DNA of 64,000 nt from NCBI GenBank assembly GCA_002269645.1, contig NIVC01002050.1:145315-209314 (forward strand), given 5' to 3'. The DNA is from Macrostomum lignano. Lineage: Eukaryota. Numbering within the stretch: position 1 is the first letter of the stretch; each line of letters starts with the position of its first letter. Below the pieces are notes generated by a model. The model did no database searches, had not been told where the DNA came from, and worked only from the letters and a program-made list of their open reading frames with translations. Position numbers and translations under genes: made by a program. Positions 11,601 to 23,925 of this stretch are shown here, piece after piece.

Positions 11601-12479
11601 ATGTTTTAGATATCTATGACCCATTTTAGACATCTATGGCCCATTTTAGATATCTATGACCCATTTTAGATATCTATGACCCATTTTAGATAGCTATGAC
11701 CCATTTTAGATGTATATGATCCACTGTAGATATCTATGACCCATTGTAGATATCTATGACCCATTGTAGACATCTATGACCTATTTTAGATATCTGTGAC
11801 CTATTTTAAATATATATGACCCATTGTAGACATCTATGACCCATTGTAGACATCTATAACCCATTGTAGATATCTATGACCCATTGTAGACATCTATGAC
11901 CCATTGTAGACATCTATGACCCATTGTATACATCTATGACCCATTGTAGACATTTATAACCCATTGTAGATATCTATGACCCATTGTAGACATCTATGAC
12001 CCATTGTAGATATATTTGACCCATTGTAGATATCTATGCCCCATTGTAGACATCTATGACCCATTGTAGACATCTATGACCCATTGTAGACATCTATGAC
12101 CCATTGTAGACATGTAGACATCTATGACCCATTGTAGACATGTAGACATCTATGACCCATTGTAGATATCTACGACCAACTGTCGATGTCTATGACTCAT
12201 AATAGATGACTCACTTCTGTATTTACCTATACTATTCACTTTTGACAATTGCCAACCGCAGAAGTGCTTAAAAGTGACAGCAATCAAAGCATGGTACTTT
12301 TTTAGTTCTCACATATAATATGGCGATGAGTTCTGTGCACCAGAATCGCTGGAATAATTGGAATTATTTGTTCGACTAGTGCTGCTGCTTCTGCTTCTGC
12401 TGCTGCTGCTGTTGCTGCATTCAGGGGTTAGCGAGCTACGGGTCATGTTGCTGGCACTGCTAGCCTGGGACTTCTTCAT
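8642..12479 (-). CDS. Uncharacterised 4-exon protein, 351 aa; exons 12479-12313, 11511-11341, 10313-9846, 8891-8642
   Basis: Three GTGAG donors and CAG acceptors, all phase-2 compatible; 1056 nt joined ORF from MKKSQASS... to ...LKLPDRAE*; cactaacag branch point/acceptor at exon 4. Confidence 0.7.
8925..9660. repeat. 22-bp minisatellite in intron 3
   Basis: (ccttcatttcatatacctgaat)n, about 33 copies. Confidence 0.95.
10442..11212. repeat. 10-bp minisatellite in intron 2
   Basis: (ttcagcttga / ttcagcttaa)n. Confidence 0.95.
11563..12192. repeat. 20-bp minisatellite in intron 1
   Basis: (tctatgacccattgtagaca)n. Confidence 0.95.
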
Positions 12480-12737
12480 TTTTAGTGTTGTCGTACCTGA
12501 TACGCTAGTTTATTGAGCAATTTAGAAACTAGTTCTGTCGCTTTAATTAGAACCGGTTTATTCGGGTGCATTTTTATCTTGTCTATGGCAGAATAGCTTT
12601 GAAAAACTCATGGCAACCGTATAATGTATTCATGCGGCGTCTTATACTTACGAGTATTGGCGATATTAGCCCATGGATGAATTCGAGCTATAACCATCCA
12701 TCTATGTATTTGACGGAACTTATATGCTGAGCTATTA

Positions 12738-13041
12738 CTGGTGATGAAGGGAGGCTGGGCTGTCACCCTGTCTCTCTCTCTCTCTGGTGATGAAGGGAGG
12801 CTGGGCTGTCACCCTGTCTCTCTCTGGTGATGAAGGGAGGCTGGGCTGTCACCCTGTCTCTCTCTCTCTCTCTCTAGTGATGAAGGGAGGCTGGGCTGTC
12901 ACCCTGTCTCTCTCTGGTGATGAAGGGACGCTGGGCTGTCACCCTGTCTCTCTCTCTCTCTCTAGTGATGAAGGGAGGCTGGGCTGTCACCCTCTCTCTC
13001 TCTCTCTCTCTCTCTAGTGATGAAGGGAGGCTGGGCTGTCA

Positions 13042-13076
<35 letters not shown>

Positions 13077-13380
13077 GTGATGAAGGGAGGCTGGGCTGTC
13101 ACCCTGTCTCTCTCTCTCTCTGGTGATGAAGGGAGGCTGGGCTGTCACCCTGTCTCTCTCTCTCTCTCTGGTGATGAAGGGAGGCTGGGCTGTCACCCTG
13201 TCTCTCTCTCTCTCTCTCTCTGGTGATGAAGGGAGGCTGGGCTGTCACCCTGTCTTTCTCTCTAGTGATGAAGGGAGGCTGGGCTGTCACCCTGTCTCTC
13301 TCTCTCTCTCTCTCTCTCTGGTGATGAAGGGAGGCTGGGCTGTCACCCTGTCTCTCTAGTGATGAAGGGAGGCTGGGCTC
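12738..13380. repeat. Compound minisatellite: constant ~31-bp unit plus variable (CT)n
   Basis: gtgatgaagggaggctgggctgtcaccctgt followed by (ct)n of variable length, about 13-14 copies. Confidence 0.95.
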
Positions 13381-14213
13381 ATTATCAGCAATTTTTTAAT
13401 CAAAAAATTAGGCCAAGAGAAATGACTTATTTTTTATCGAACAAAACAAAAATCAATGGAAATATACTATTTAGCAGTGCAAATTCTCATCTTGCTACTG
13501 CATTAACTAGTAGTATATATTTGCACGCAAACCATTGGATGATACAGATGAATATTATATACAAATTGTATAACAAGGAGACAAAAATTGCATAGACACC
13601 CATTAAATATACGAGGCGAGGACATTACAACTGAATCAGACTGACAGCCTGGCCAGGGAAAGTGTGATATTAATGCAGAAGCGATTAACTGTAACGAGAT
13701 TAATTTGCTGCTCCTTAGTTTCACAACAAGCTGATTCCGCAGTGTGCTGTGAAATGCGCAAATCAAAGCAGCTGCAGAAATCAGTGGAGAACAGTGTTAA
13801 CTCTCTGACAAACAAATATTGCACTGCATGGCCGTGGAATTCATGAATGCCTGAATTGCTAGAATATATGCTGTAATAAAAACACATTTTGATGAGGATA
13901 ATTCTCTTCGAGAACTCGCTGTCGGACGCGGCCGGTTGCTCTGAGGGAGCAGAGGGCCTCGCTGTAAACAGCTTTGAACGCTGCGGTGGGGCCAGAAGCA
14001 GAAATTGGAATGCAATTTTGACAGAACTCCCTAACAGCATGTTTATAATTTGTTAATAATGAGGTGCTCTGATTGCTGGGAAAAACTATTTTAGCGCTAC
14101 TAAATTGCCAGGATATACTGCCTGTCCTTTGTAGTTTCAAACACGAGTAGCATCTGGGAACGCGCGGCTGGGTTCAACGGGTGCGGAGTCCGGTGGAGGC
14201 GGGACAGGGGCAG

Positions 14214-15308
14214 TCAGGGTGAGGCGCCGCCGCCGCCGCCGCAGCAGCCGGCTCCGCGATGCTTCGCCAGCAGTCCCATCCGGCTGAAGGTCTTGCCGCA
14301 GACTTGGCATCGGTACTTCTTCACCTCCGAGTGCGTCTGCATGTGCGCCCGCAGGTTGGACCGGTCGGCGAAGGCCCGCTGGCACACCTGGCACTGGAAC
14401 GGTTTCTCCCCCGTGTGCGTCCGCAGGTGGCCGTTGAGCAGCCACATCCGGCTGAAGGCCTTGCCGCACACCCGGCACTGGCACGGCAGGGTGTGAGTCC
14501 TGATGTGCATCTTCAGCGCGCTCAGGCTGCAGTACTCCTTGTGGCAGCGGGTGCAGCTGAATCGGCGAGCCTCGCCGCCGCAGCTGCCGGACTCCAGGTG
14601 CTTCAGCAGGCCGGACGGCGTGGTGTACACCCGGCCGCAGCGGTCGCAAGACAGACCGGACGGCCTCTTGGCCGGCTGCAGGTCAGCGGCCGGGGTTGGC
14701 GGCAGCGAGGCCTGCGGGGACGCCGAAGGAGGCGGCAGGCGGTCGGCCGAGCCGTCAGCGGAGGCGTCGGATGAGCCGAGCGGCGACGAACGGCAAGACG
14801 ACGGGACGATGAGTCGCGGCGGCTGCGGAGGCGGCGGCGGCGGCGGCGGCGGCAACGGAGGAACCGACAGGTGCTGCAGCTGCGGCAGCGACAGCTGCGA
14901 GCTGCCCAGCGCCACGCCTGTCGGCAGCCGGTGAGGGCCCGGGGGCCAACACAGCGGAGGCGGCAGCGGCAGTGGCGGCAAAGTCGATGGGCAGCTGCCG
15001 CCGTCGCTGCCGCCGCCACCGCCACCGACACGATGGCCAGCAGTCTTAGCCAGCTCCTGGGCCTTCGCCATGGCGCGCATCTGGAAATCAGCGAACAGTC
15101 CAGGATAGGCGCAGATGTTCTCCAGCGTTGGCTTCATCTCGTCAGGGCGCCAGGCAAACAGCGGCACCAGCGGCAGATGCTGGAGATGCTGGTGCGGAAG
15201 CTGATGATGGCGAGGCAGGCAGCCCGAGGCGGCAGCGGCCGCGGCTGCTGCGGCGGCTGCAGCGAACACGGAATGTGCAGGCGGAAGCTGCTGTGGCTGT
15301 TGTTGCAT
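14214..15308 (-). CDS. snail: Snail/Slug-family C2H2 zinc-finger transcription factor (first ATG 15308; ORF track start 15320 is TTG)
   Basis: Five fingers with the diagnostic Snail-type sequence [84 protein letters not shown]...GC. Confidence 0.95.
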   Translation of the reverse strand: MQQQPQQLPPAHSVFAAAAAAAAAAAASGCLPRHHQLPHQHLQHLPLVPLFAWRPDEMKPTLENICAYPGLFADFQMRAMAKAQELAKTAGHRVGGGGGGSDGGSCPSTLPPLPLPPPLCWPPGPHRLPTGVALGSSQLSLPQLQHLSVPPLPPPPPPPPPQPPRLIVPSSCRSSPLGSSDASADGSADRLPPPSASPQASLPPTPAADLQPAKRPSGLSCDRCGRVYTTPSGLLKHLESGSCGGEARRFSCTRCHKEYCSLSALKMHIRTHTLPCQCRVCGKAFSRMWLLNGHLRTHTGEKPFQCQVCQRAFADRSNLRAHMQTHSEVKKYRCQVCGKTFSRMGLLAKHRGAGCCGGGGGASP

Positions 15309-15529
15309 CTTGCTGCACAATTAACCTGGGAAATGCATGCAGGTGCAGCGGTCATAATGCTTGCAGACTTTGAGCAAAGATTTTGTTCAATTTCAAACAG
15401 CAACTGCAGAATGCCGAGTTCAACAGACTTTCCAGCCGTTTAATGCAATGCTCTATGGTAATAATTGGTCTTAATAGGATTGTAGCAGTACGAATACACG
15501 TCTGCAGCATTGGTGGCTGGTTGGCGCAA

Positions 15530-15700
15530 GTTGAGGCGCCATCGGGGGGCGCGCCAGCGGGTAGCAAACGGGGCGCCATCGGGGGGCGCCATCGGGGGGC
15601 GCCATCGGGGGGTGTGCCATCGGGGGGCGCCATCGGGGGGGCGCCATCAGGGGGTGTGCCATCGGGGGGCGCCATCGGGGGCATCGGGGGCGCATAGGGG
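15530..15700. repeat. GC-rich ~13-bp tandem repeat
   Basis: (ggggggcgccatc)n just upstream of snail. Confidence 0.85.
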
Positions 15701-17656
15701 GGTCCATCAGGTGGCAAACAAACAATAATCAAGCAGCAAACTTGCTCAGGAAAAGAGCCATATAACAATGACTAATCAAATGCGCCTGCAACCTGTTGAG
15801 GCAAATCTCAATTCTTAGAATGTGTAAATTCCCCAGCAAATGCTTGTATGGCTTAGCCCACGTGTATACACAAATATGAGCCAATGGTTTGATACCAGAA
15901 ATTATGTATGTTTGGCCCAATACTAAAGTCCCTACACGTTGCCCAACAAAACCATTCCTTGATTCCCCGTGGCGATGGCCCCGAGCACCTGATGGTTGTT
16001 AATTCCCATGGTATATGTTTAGCGATCAACTGGTAGTTCGGCCTCATGCATGGGACATACAGGAATTTAACAATAAATTGTGAGCGTAGAATGAGTATTA
16101 AGTTTTGTTTCTGAGATGTGTAAAGACTGCAGACTATATACAAGAGCGGCAGAGCCCCACGTGCCTTCGAACTTTTTTGGAGTTCGAATGATTAGAATTT
16201 TGATGGCCGACTCCATGTGACCGCGCGAGTGTTTAAACTTTTTTTCAGAAAACTTTACACGCGGAGCAGAGTAAATCCCCGCAATCCAGATGGCTCTATC
16301 CTGTTGCTACGCTCAAAAATCTAATAATATTAATAATAATTATTATTCTCAACTTTCCGTTTCTTTGAATGTCTCGGATTTTTTCAGGGCGACTGGCGGG
16401 TGGCTGCGCGGTGCTAGAAACAATAGGGACATTGAAACAACAACCGTAATCTTCCCCCCTGTTGCTTTTTTATTCAATAATTTGCCTCGATTTCTCTCCT
16501 TTGTTTCAACCTTCTGCTCCCTCTCGGATAAAAAAGCATCCCTAGGCCCTAGCAATTTTATTTTTATATTTGCGCATGCGTAAAATTACTGGTTAAACTC
16601 TCCAAGTCTATGCAGCCTCTGAGCCTCATCAGATAAGGCGCCTGAGCCTGCAGTTTTTAGGCAATCGACAAGAAGTGGCCAGAAGAAGGGGCCACTTTAA
16701 AAAATCCTACTAGACACAAATAAGCTCTTCCTTCTTACCTGATTTCACCACACTTTTGACGCAGTTGCGGGGCAGTATTGCGCTTGCGAAACTTCCGCGT
16801 TAGTTGCTAGGCTATAGGCGGTGCTGCTTGTCCAGAGAATAATTTTAAGTAGCCAAAGGTGTCCAGGATCCTCTCTCAGTTTGTCTTTAAAAGGGTTTTT
16901 AAGGCCGAGGTCTATTAAAGCTTAAAATGCAGGGGGGTGGCAAAATATTGGCGGCCGGGCACCCCCCCCCCGGCAGCCAGTTCTGCCCCAGCCAATGGCG
17001 TGACAGGCAGCTCCGCTCCATTGGCTGAGACCTACCTGGCTCGGGCTGAGAACTGTAGCCACGAACTTCCCACGCAAATCCATTGCACAGCGCCCGACCG
17101 TCTCCGGGGCTCAATAATGACTTTTCCCACGGGAGAAAATGCAATGCGATATGCGAGACAGGCAAGGGGAGACGGCAGCGGCCATCTGATTAACAGTGTC
17201 AGGTGGCACTCAAGGATAGCCAGTAGCAGCAATGTTTGTCCACTATGCGCCCGAGCAGCTGCCACCGCTTTGAAGGGTCTGGCTGATGGCATGTGCTCTG
17301 TGCTGTTGTTGTTGAAACACACTGCCGCGTAAGAGCGGATACACTGACTGCCGCGGTCCGAATGCCCGTTGTTGATGCTGATGAGCTGTCAGGCCTGTTG
17401 CTAGGGGGGTTTCCTACAAGTTTTCTTTTCCTGCTTCAGCTGGGCGCTGGCATTGAAGAAGGGCGAATGACGGGGAAGCAGCAGCTGCCGCATCCCCTTC
17501 ATCTCCATTCTTTCAAGTTTCACGATGCCATTTGGTGCGTGCGATATGCCACTGAGGCAAAACACAAGTTGTAGCGCTTCTAATGGGCAAGTAAGCATAA
17601 TATTGCCCCCTGCTGGGAATTATGAAAATTGCTGAAAGTAAGTGCTGGAGTGATGC

Positions 17657-19312
17657 AAGGCTAAGGCCAAGGCTAAGGCCAAGGCTAAGGCCAAGGCTAA
17701 GGCCAAGGCTAAGGCCAAGGCTAAGGCCAAGGCTAAGGCCAAGGCTAAGGCCAAGGCTAAGGCCAAGGCTAAGGCCAAGGCTAAGGCCAAGGCTAAGGCC
17801 AAGGCTAAGGCCAAGGCTAAGGCCAAGGCTAAGGCCAAGGCTAAGGCCAAGGCTAAGGCCAAGGCTAAGGCCAAGGCTAAGGCCAAGGCTAAGGCCAAGG
17901 CTAAGGCCAAGGCTAAGGCCAAGGCTAAGGCCAAGGCTAAGGCCAAGGCTAAGGCCAAGGCTAAGGCCAAGGCTAAGGCCAAGGCTAAGGCCAAGGCTAA
18001 GGCCAAGGCTAAGGCCAAGGCTAAGGCCAAGGCTAAGGCCAAGGCTAAGGCCAAGGCTAAGGCCAAGGCTAAGGCCAAGGCTAAGGCCAAGGCTAAGGCC
18101 AAGGCTAAGGCCAAGGCTAAGGCCAAGGCTAAGGCCAAGGCTAAGGCCAAGGCTAAGGCCAAGGCTAAGGCCAAGGCTAAGGCCAAGGCTAAGGCCAAGG
18201 CTAAGGCCAAGGCTAAGGCCAAGGCTAAGGCCAAGGCTAAGGCCAAGGCTAAGGCCAAGGCTAAGGCCAAGGCTAAGGCCAAGGCTAAGGCCAAGGCTAA
18301 GGCCAAGGCTAAGGCCAAGGCTAAGGCCAAGGCTAAGGCCAAGGCTAAGGCCAAGGCTAAGGCCAAGGCTAAGGCCAAGGCTAAGGCCAAGGCTAAGGCC
18401 AAGGCTAAGGCCAAGGCTAAGGCCAAGGCTAAGGCCAAGGCTAAGGCCAAGGCTAAGGCCAAGGCTAAGGCCAAGGCTAAGGCCAAGGCTAAGGCCAAGG
18501 CTAAGGCCAAGGCTAAGGCCAAGGCTAAGGCCAAGGCTAAGGCCAAGGCTAAGGCCAAGGCTAAGGCCAAGGCTAAGGCCAAGGCTAAGGCCAAGGCTAA
18601 GGCCAAGGCTAAGGCCAAGGCTAAGGCCAAGGCTAAGGCCAAGGCTAAGGCCAAGGCTAAGGCCAAGGCTAAGGCCAAGGCTAAGGCCAAGGCTAAGGCC
18701 AAGGCTAAGGCCAAGGCTAAGGCCAAGGCTAAGGCCAAGGCTAAGGCCAAGGCTAAGGCCAAGGCTAAGGCCAAGGCTAAGGCCAAGGCTAAGGCCAAGG
18801 CTAAGGCCAAGGCTAAGGCCAAGGCTAAGGCCAAGGCTAAGGCCAAGGCTAAGGCCAAGGCTAAGGCCAAGGCTAAGGCCAAGGCTAAGGCCAAGGCTAA
18901 GGCCAAGGCTAAGGCCAAGGCTAAGGCCAAGGCTAAGGCCAAGGCTAAGGCCAAGGCTAAGGCCAAGGCTAAGGCCAAGGCTAAGGCCAAGGCTAAGGCC
19001 AAGGCTAAGGCCAAGGCTAAGGCCAAGGCTAAGGCCAGGCTAAGGCCAAGGCTAAGGCCAGGCTAAGGCCAAGGCTAAGGCCAAGGCTAAGGCCAAGGCT
19101 AAGGCCAAGGCTAAGGCCAAGGCTAAGGCCAAGGCTAAGGCCAAGGCTAAGGCCAAGGCTAAGGCCAAGGCTAAGGCCAAGGCTAAGGCCAAGGCTAAGG
19201 CCAAGGCTAAGGCCAAGGCTAAGGCCAAGGCTAAGGCCAAGGCTAAGGCCAAGGCTAAGGCCAAGGCTAAGGCCAAGGCTAAGGCCAAGGCTAAGGCCAA
19301 GGCAAGGCTAAG
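17657..19312. repeat. Near-perfect 12-bp satellite (AAGGCT-AAGGCC)n, about 138 units
   Basis: Uninterrupted until small deletions near 19037, 19059 and 19302. Confidence 0.98.
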
Positions 19313-19914
19313 ATATAGCCTTAGTCTTGGAAAGAGAACCATCTTGGAAAAAATCATTTTTGGCGCGTCTCCCATGCAGGTGTCCAAATCTGAATTGCAT
19401 CATCACTTGTGGCAAATTTTTGTGGGGATAAATACATGGGACATGGGCGAGACAGAGAGACTCCACTGTGGCTGTGTGTTGCGTTCCGCAGACCCGGTCG
19501 AGATGGGGCGTTGGGAGGCTGGGCCCGCGTATTCCAGGTGACCTCTCGCCTATGTAATTTGGCAAAACTGTTGCCCACGTTTTTACTGCGCGCTTTAATA
19601 ATCTCTCAGCTGATCGAATTTCAGTACGGCTTAGCCCAGCCAGCAAGCATAATTGATTTATGACAGTAATTGACCCGCAGAAGCAGCTCATCAGCCAGGT
19701 GGCCTGAGGCGGGGCTGAACAGAGAAATGCGAGACCTTGAAGCATGCTCAATATGAGGGAGAAAGCGATTGAGCAGTCTGGGGCTGAATGGCAGTTTAGA
19801 GAATTTGGTCGGACGATGCAAAAGTTGACAGAAGCCGTGAGAAACTGCGGGTTGAGAAAGGCTGGGGCTTCGAGATTGAAGTTTTGGGACTCCTCTGGAG
19901 GCCAGGAGGTCGTA

Positions 19915-21185
19915 GATTCTTCAGGGTGTTATGGGATTCTTCAGGGTGAGATGGGATTCTTCAGGGTGAGATGGGATTCTTCAGGGTGTTATGGGATTCT
20001 TCAGGGTGAGATGGAGATTCTTCAGGGTGAGATGGGGATTCTTCAGGTTGAGATGAGGTTCTTCAGGGTGAGATGGGGTTCTTCAGGGTAAGATGGGGAT
20101 TCTTAAGGGTGAGATGAGGATTCTTCAGGGTGAGATGGGGTTCTTCAGGGTGAGATGGGGATTCTTCAGGGTGAGATGGGGATTCTTCAGGTTGAGATGA
20201 GGTTCTTCAGGGTGAGATGGGGTTCTTCAGGGTGAGATGGGGATTCTTAAGGGTGAGATGAGGATTCTTCAGGGTGAGATGGGGTTCTTCAGGGTGAGAT
20301 GACGATTCTTCAGGTTGAGATGAGGTTCTTCAGGTTGAGATGAGGTTCTTCAGGGTGAGATGGGGTTCTTCAGGGTAAGATGGGGATTCTTAAGGGTGAG
20401 ATGAGGATTCTTCAGGGTGAGATGGGGTTCTTCAGGGTGAGATGGGGATTCTTCAGGGTGAGATGGGGATTCTTCAGGTTGAGATGAGGTTCTTCAGGGT
20501 GAGATGGGGTTCTTCAGGGTGAGATGGGGATTCTTAAGGGTGAGATGAGGATTCTTCAGGGTGAGATGGGGTTCTTCAGGGTGAGATGACGATTCTTCAG
20601 GTTGAGATGAGGTTCTTCAGGTTGAGATGAGGTTCTTCAGGGTGAGATGGGGTTCTTCAGGGTGAGATGGGGATTCTTCAGGGTGAGATGGGGATTCTTC
20701 AGGTTGAGATGAGGTTCTTCAGGGTGAGATGGGGTTCTTCAGGGTGAGATGGGGATTCTTAAGGGTGAGATGAGGATTCTTCAGGGTGAGATGGGGTTCT
20801 TCAGGGTGAGATGACGATTCTTCAGGTTGAGATGAGGTTCTTCAGGTTGAGATGAGGTTCTTCAGGGTGAGATGGGGTTCTTCAGGGTGAGATGGGGATT
20901 CTTCAGGTTGAGATGAGGTTCTTCAGGGTGAGATGGGGTTCTTCAGGGTGAGATGGGGATTCTTAAGGGTGAGATGAGGATTCTTCAGGGTGAGATGGGG
21001 TTCTTCAGGGTGAGATGACGATTCTTCAGGTTGAGATGAGGTTCTTCAGGTTGAGATGGGGATTCTTCAGGTTGAGATGAGGTTCTTCAGGGTGAGATGG
21101 GGTTCTTCAGGGTGCGATGGGATTCTTCAGGGTGCGATGGGATTCTTCAGGGTTAGATGGGATTCTTCAGGGTGAAATGGGATTT
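19915..21185. repeat. 19-21-bp minisatellite with higher-order structure
   Basis: (ttcttcagggtgagatgggga)n with recurring variant units. Confidence 0.95.
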
Positions 21186-22039
21186 TACTTCATGCACAGT
21201 GAGCAAAGAGTAATCTGTAAAGAGCAATTGAGCAGAATTTCGCGTACGCAATAGATGCGCAGACCGATGGAACAAGTGTATGCTGCACCCAAGTCAGTTC
21301 CCAGGCAGTGCTGACCTGCACACTGCATTTATCATTCGCATTCACAAAGCAGCACCGTTGTAAACTGTTAAAAGAAAATTCAGGTGAAATGATGAAGCTG
21401 TCTCTGTCTCTCTGTCTCTCTCTCAGTCCGCAGCTCGCGCCGCTTTCACCGCAATCAACGGCAAGTGTCGGTGGCCACGGCTTGTATACACCAGACTTGC
21501 TCGTGAGCAATCCATCATGCCGAATCTCTGTAAACATTGGCGACTGGGGGCTCCGCAACCTGCAACAAGTGCTTCTTCATCGTATTGCCATCCAAGCCTC
21601 CCGCCGCTTCCCCTGCGCACACTGTTGCCATGGGGGCGGCTTTAAAAAGCGCGACTGCGATTCAGTATATACGAGGTGGAAGGTTGCGATCCAAAGTGAC
21701 AGATGAGGCAGTTGAGAGTCTGGCCCCGGATGCTGAGAAAGTCAGAATTTTAATATTGGAACTCTCGGGCACCCCGCTGGGATCTGCAGATCAACTGCCC
21801 AGACAGCTGCGGTTGAACCGATTCCCTCAATTCCTTTTTAGTGTTGAGTGATTTGGAATGCAGGTATTTGGCTCCTGTGCGATCGTCTTGGACTGTCGGC
21901 CTCGCGCACTTCAGGTTAAGTTGGATTTCCTGTGGGTCAGGGGGTGATCTGGGTCCGGGCCGATTTCAAACCAACCATTTCCAATTCCACTGTGGTCACC
22001 TCGCTTAAACCTGCTTCTTCCCTATAGTTTCCCCTCCCC

Positions 22040-23300
22040 GTTTCCGCCCCTTACAACTCGTTTCCGCCCCTTACAACTCGTTTCCGCCCATTACAACTCG
22101 TTTCCGCCCCTTCTAACTCGTTTCCGTCCCTTCTAACTCGTTTCCGCCCCTTCCAACTCGTTTCCGCCCCTTCTAACTCGTTTCCGTCCCTTCCAACTCG
22201 TTTGCGCCCCTTCCAACTCGTTTCCGCCCCTTCCAACTCGTTTCCGCCCCTTCTAACTCGTTTCCGTCCCTTCCAACTCGTTTCCGCCCCTTCCAACTCG
22301 TTTCCGCCCCTTCTAACTCGTTTCCGTCCCTTCCAACTCGTTTGCGCCCTTCCAACTCGTTTGCGCCCTTCCAACTCGTTTCCGCCCCTTCCAACTCGTT
22401 TCCGCCCCTTCTAACTCGTTTCCGTCCCTTCCAACTCGTTTGCGCCCTTCCAACTCGTTTCCGCCCCTTCCAACTCGTTTCCGCCCCTTCTAACTCGTTT
22501 CCGTCCCTTCCAACTCGTTTGCGCCCTTCCAACTCGTTTCCGCCCCTTCCAACTCGTTTCCGTCCCTTCCAACTCGTTTCCGCCCCTTCTAACTCGTTTG
22601 CGCCCTTCTAACTGGTTTCCGCCCCTTCCAACTCGTTTCCGCCCCTTCCAACTCGTTTCCGCCCCTTCCAACTCGTTTCCGCCCCTTCTAACTCGTTTCC
22701 GCCCCTTCCAACTCGTTTCCGCCCCTTCCAACTCGTTTCCGCCCCTTCCAACTCGTTTCCGCCCCTTCCAACTCGTTTCCGCCCCTTCTAACTCGTTTCC
22801 GCCCCTTCTAACTCGTTTCCGTCCCTTCCAACTCGTTTGCGCCCTTCCAACTCGTTTCCGCCCCTTCCAACTCGTTTCCGTCCCTTCCAACTCGTTTCCG
22901 CCCCTTCTAACTCGTTTCCGTCCCTTCCAACTCGTTTCCGCCCCTTCTAACTCGTTTGCGCCCTTCTAACTGGTTTCCGCCCCTTCCAACTCGTTTCCGC
23001 CCCTTCCAACTCGTTTCCGCCCCTTCCAACTCGTTTCCGCCCCTTCCAACTCGTTTCCGCCCCTTCTAACTCGTTTCCGTCCCTTCCAACTCGTTTGCGC
23101 CCTTCCAACTCGTTTCCGCCCCTTCCAACTCGTTTCCGTCCCTTCCAACTCGTTTCCGCCCCTTCTAACTCGTTTCCGTCCCTTCCAACTCGTTTCCGCC
23201 CCTTCTAACTCGTTTGCGCCCTTCTAACTGGTTTCCGCCCCTTCCAACTCGTTTCCGCCCCTTCCAACTCGTTTTCGCCACTTCCAACTCGTTTCCGCCC
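22040..23300. repeat. 20-bp minisatellite
   Basis: (ccccttccaactcgtttccg)n. Confidence 0.95.
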
Positions 23301-23879
23301 CCTCCAACCTCCAAATCCACCTTTTTTGCCCCGTAATTTTCGCCTCATCTGACAGACACAACTTCCAGTCCTCAGTTCACAATTGTCAGTGAAGAGCACA
23401 CGAAGCATAATCTGCGGCCCTCATCAAGTTGCCCTCCCACTAAGCCAGCTTCACACTAATTCAATGCAGCGCATCGAAGCACCTGCAGTTGGTTTTCTCT
23501 CACCTGCTCTCTTTCTCTTCTTCTGTCTTCCTGCTCGCCTCTTGGCCTGTCTGCAACAGCAGAGAGAGTCTTTAGAACTCTCGCTAGAAGCAATTGCCAA
23601 CCAGACGATAGGGTGAGTGCCGAAGCGCAATCATGCGCCTTGAGCACACTAAGACTGCGTGTGTGTATGTATGTATGTGTGTCTGTGTGTGTGGCACCTC
23701 CTTCAAGCGCCACCAGGTGGGTCGAGGGTGCAGCTCTCACACCTTTTTCGAGCGTGCAAACACACTTGTCCCGTCGGTCTTATCACAATGGACAATACCG
23801 AATCGGAGACTGTGGAGTTACTTAATAAATGCACTGCATCTATGAGGGGTGGGGGAATGGCTCTTAGCTTTTCTCATTC

Positions 23880-23881
<2 letters not shown>

Positions 23882-23922
<41 letters not shown>
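23882..23922. repeat. (CA)n microsatellite
   Basis: cacacacaca run. Confidence 0.9.

Positions 23923-23925
<3 letters not shown>

Noticed and set aside
12738-13380. CRISPR array
   Set aside because: Spacers are only (CT)n tracts; eukaryotic context; no cas genes
14259-15443. Long antisense and alternative-frame ORFs over snail (likewise over DHHC, CCDC146, TMEM179)
   Set aside because: Expected shadow ORFs of GC3-rich coding sequence
17620-19387. Long poly-LA and poly-LRPR ORFs
   Set aside because: Artefacts of a stop-free 12-bp satellite; no evidence of exon structure
22051-23148. Multiple overlapping repeat ORFs (likewise 35719-36462, 37800-38668, 42046-43139, 56433-56926)
   Set aside because: All are minisatellite translations
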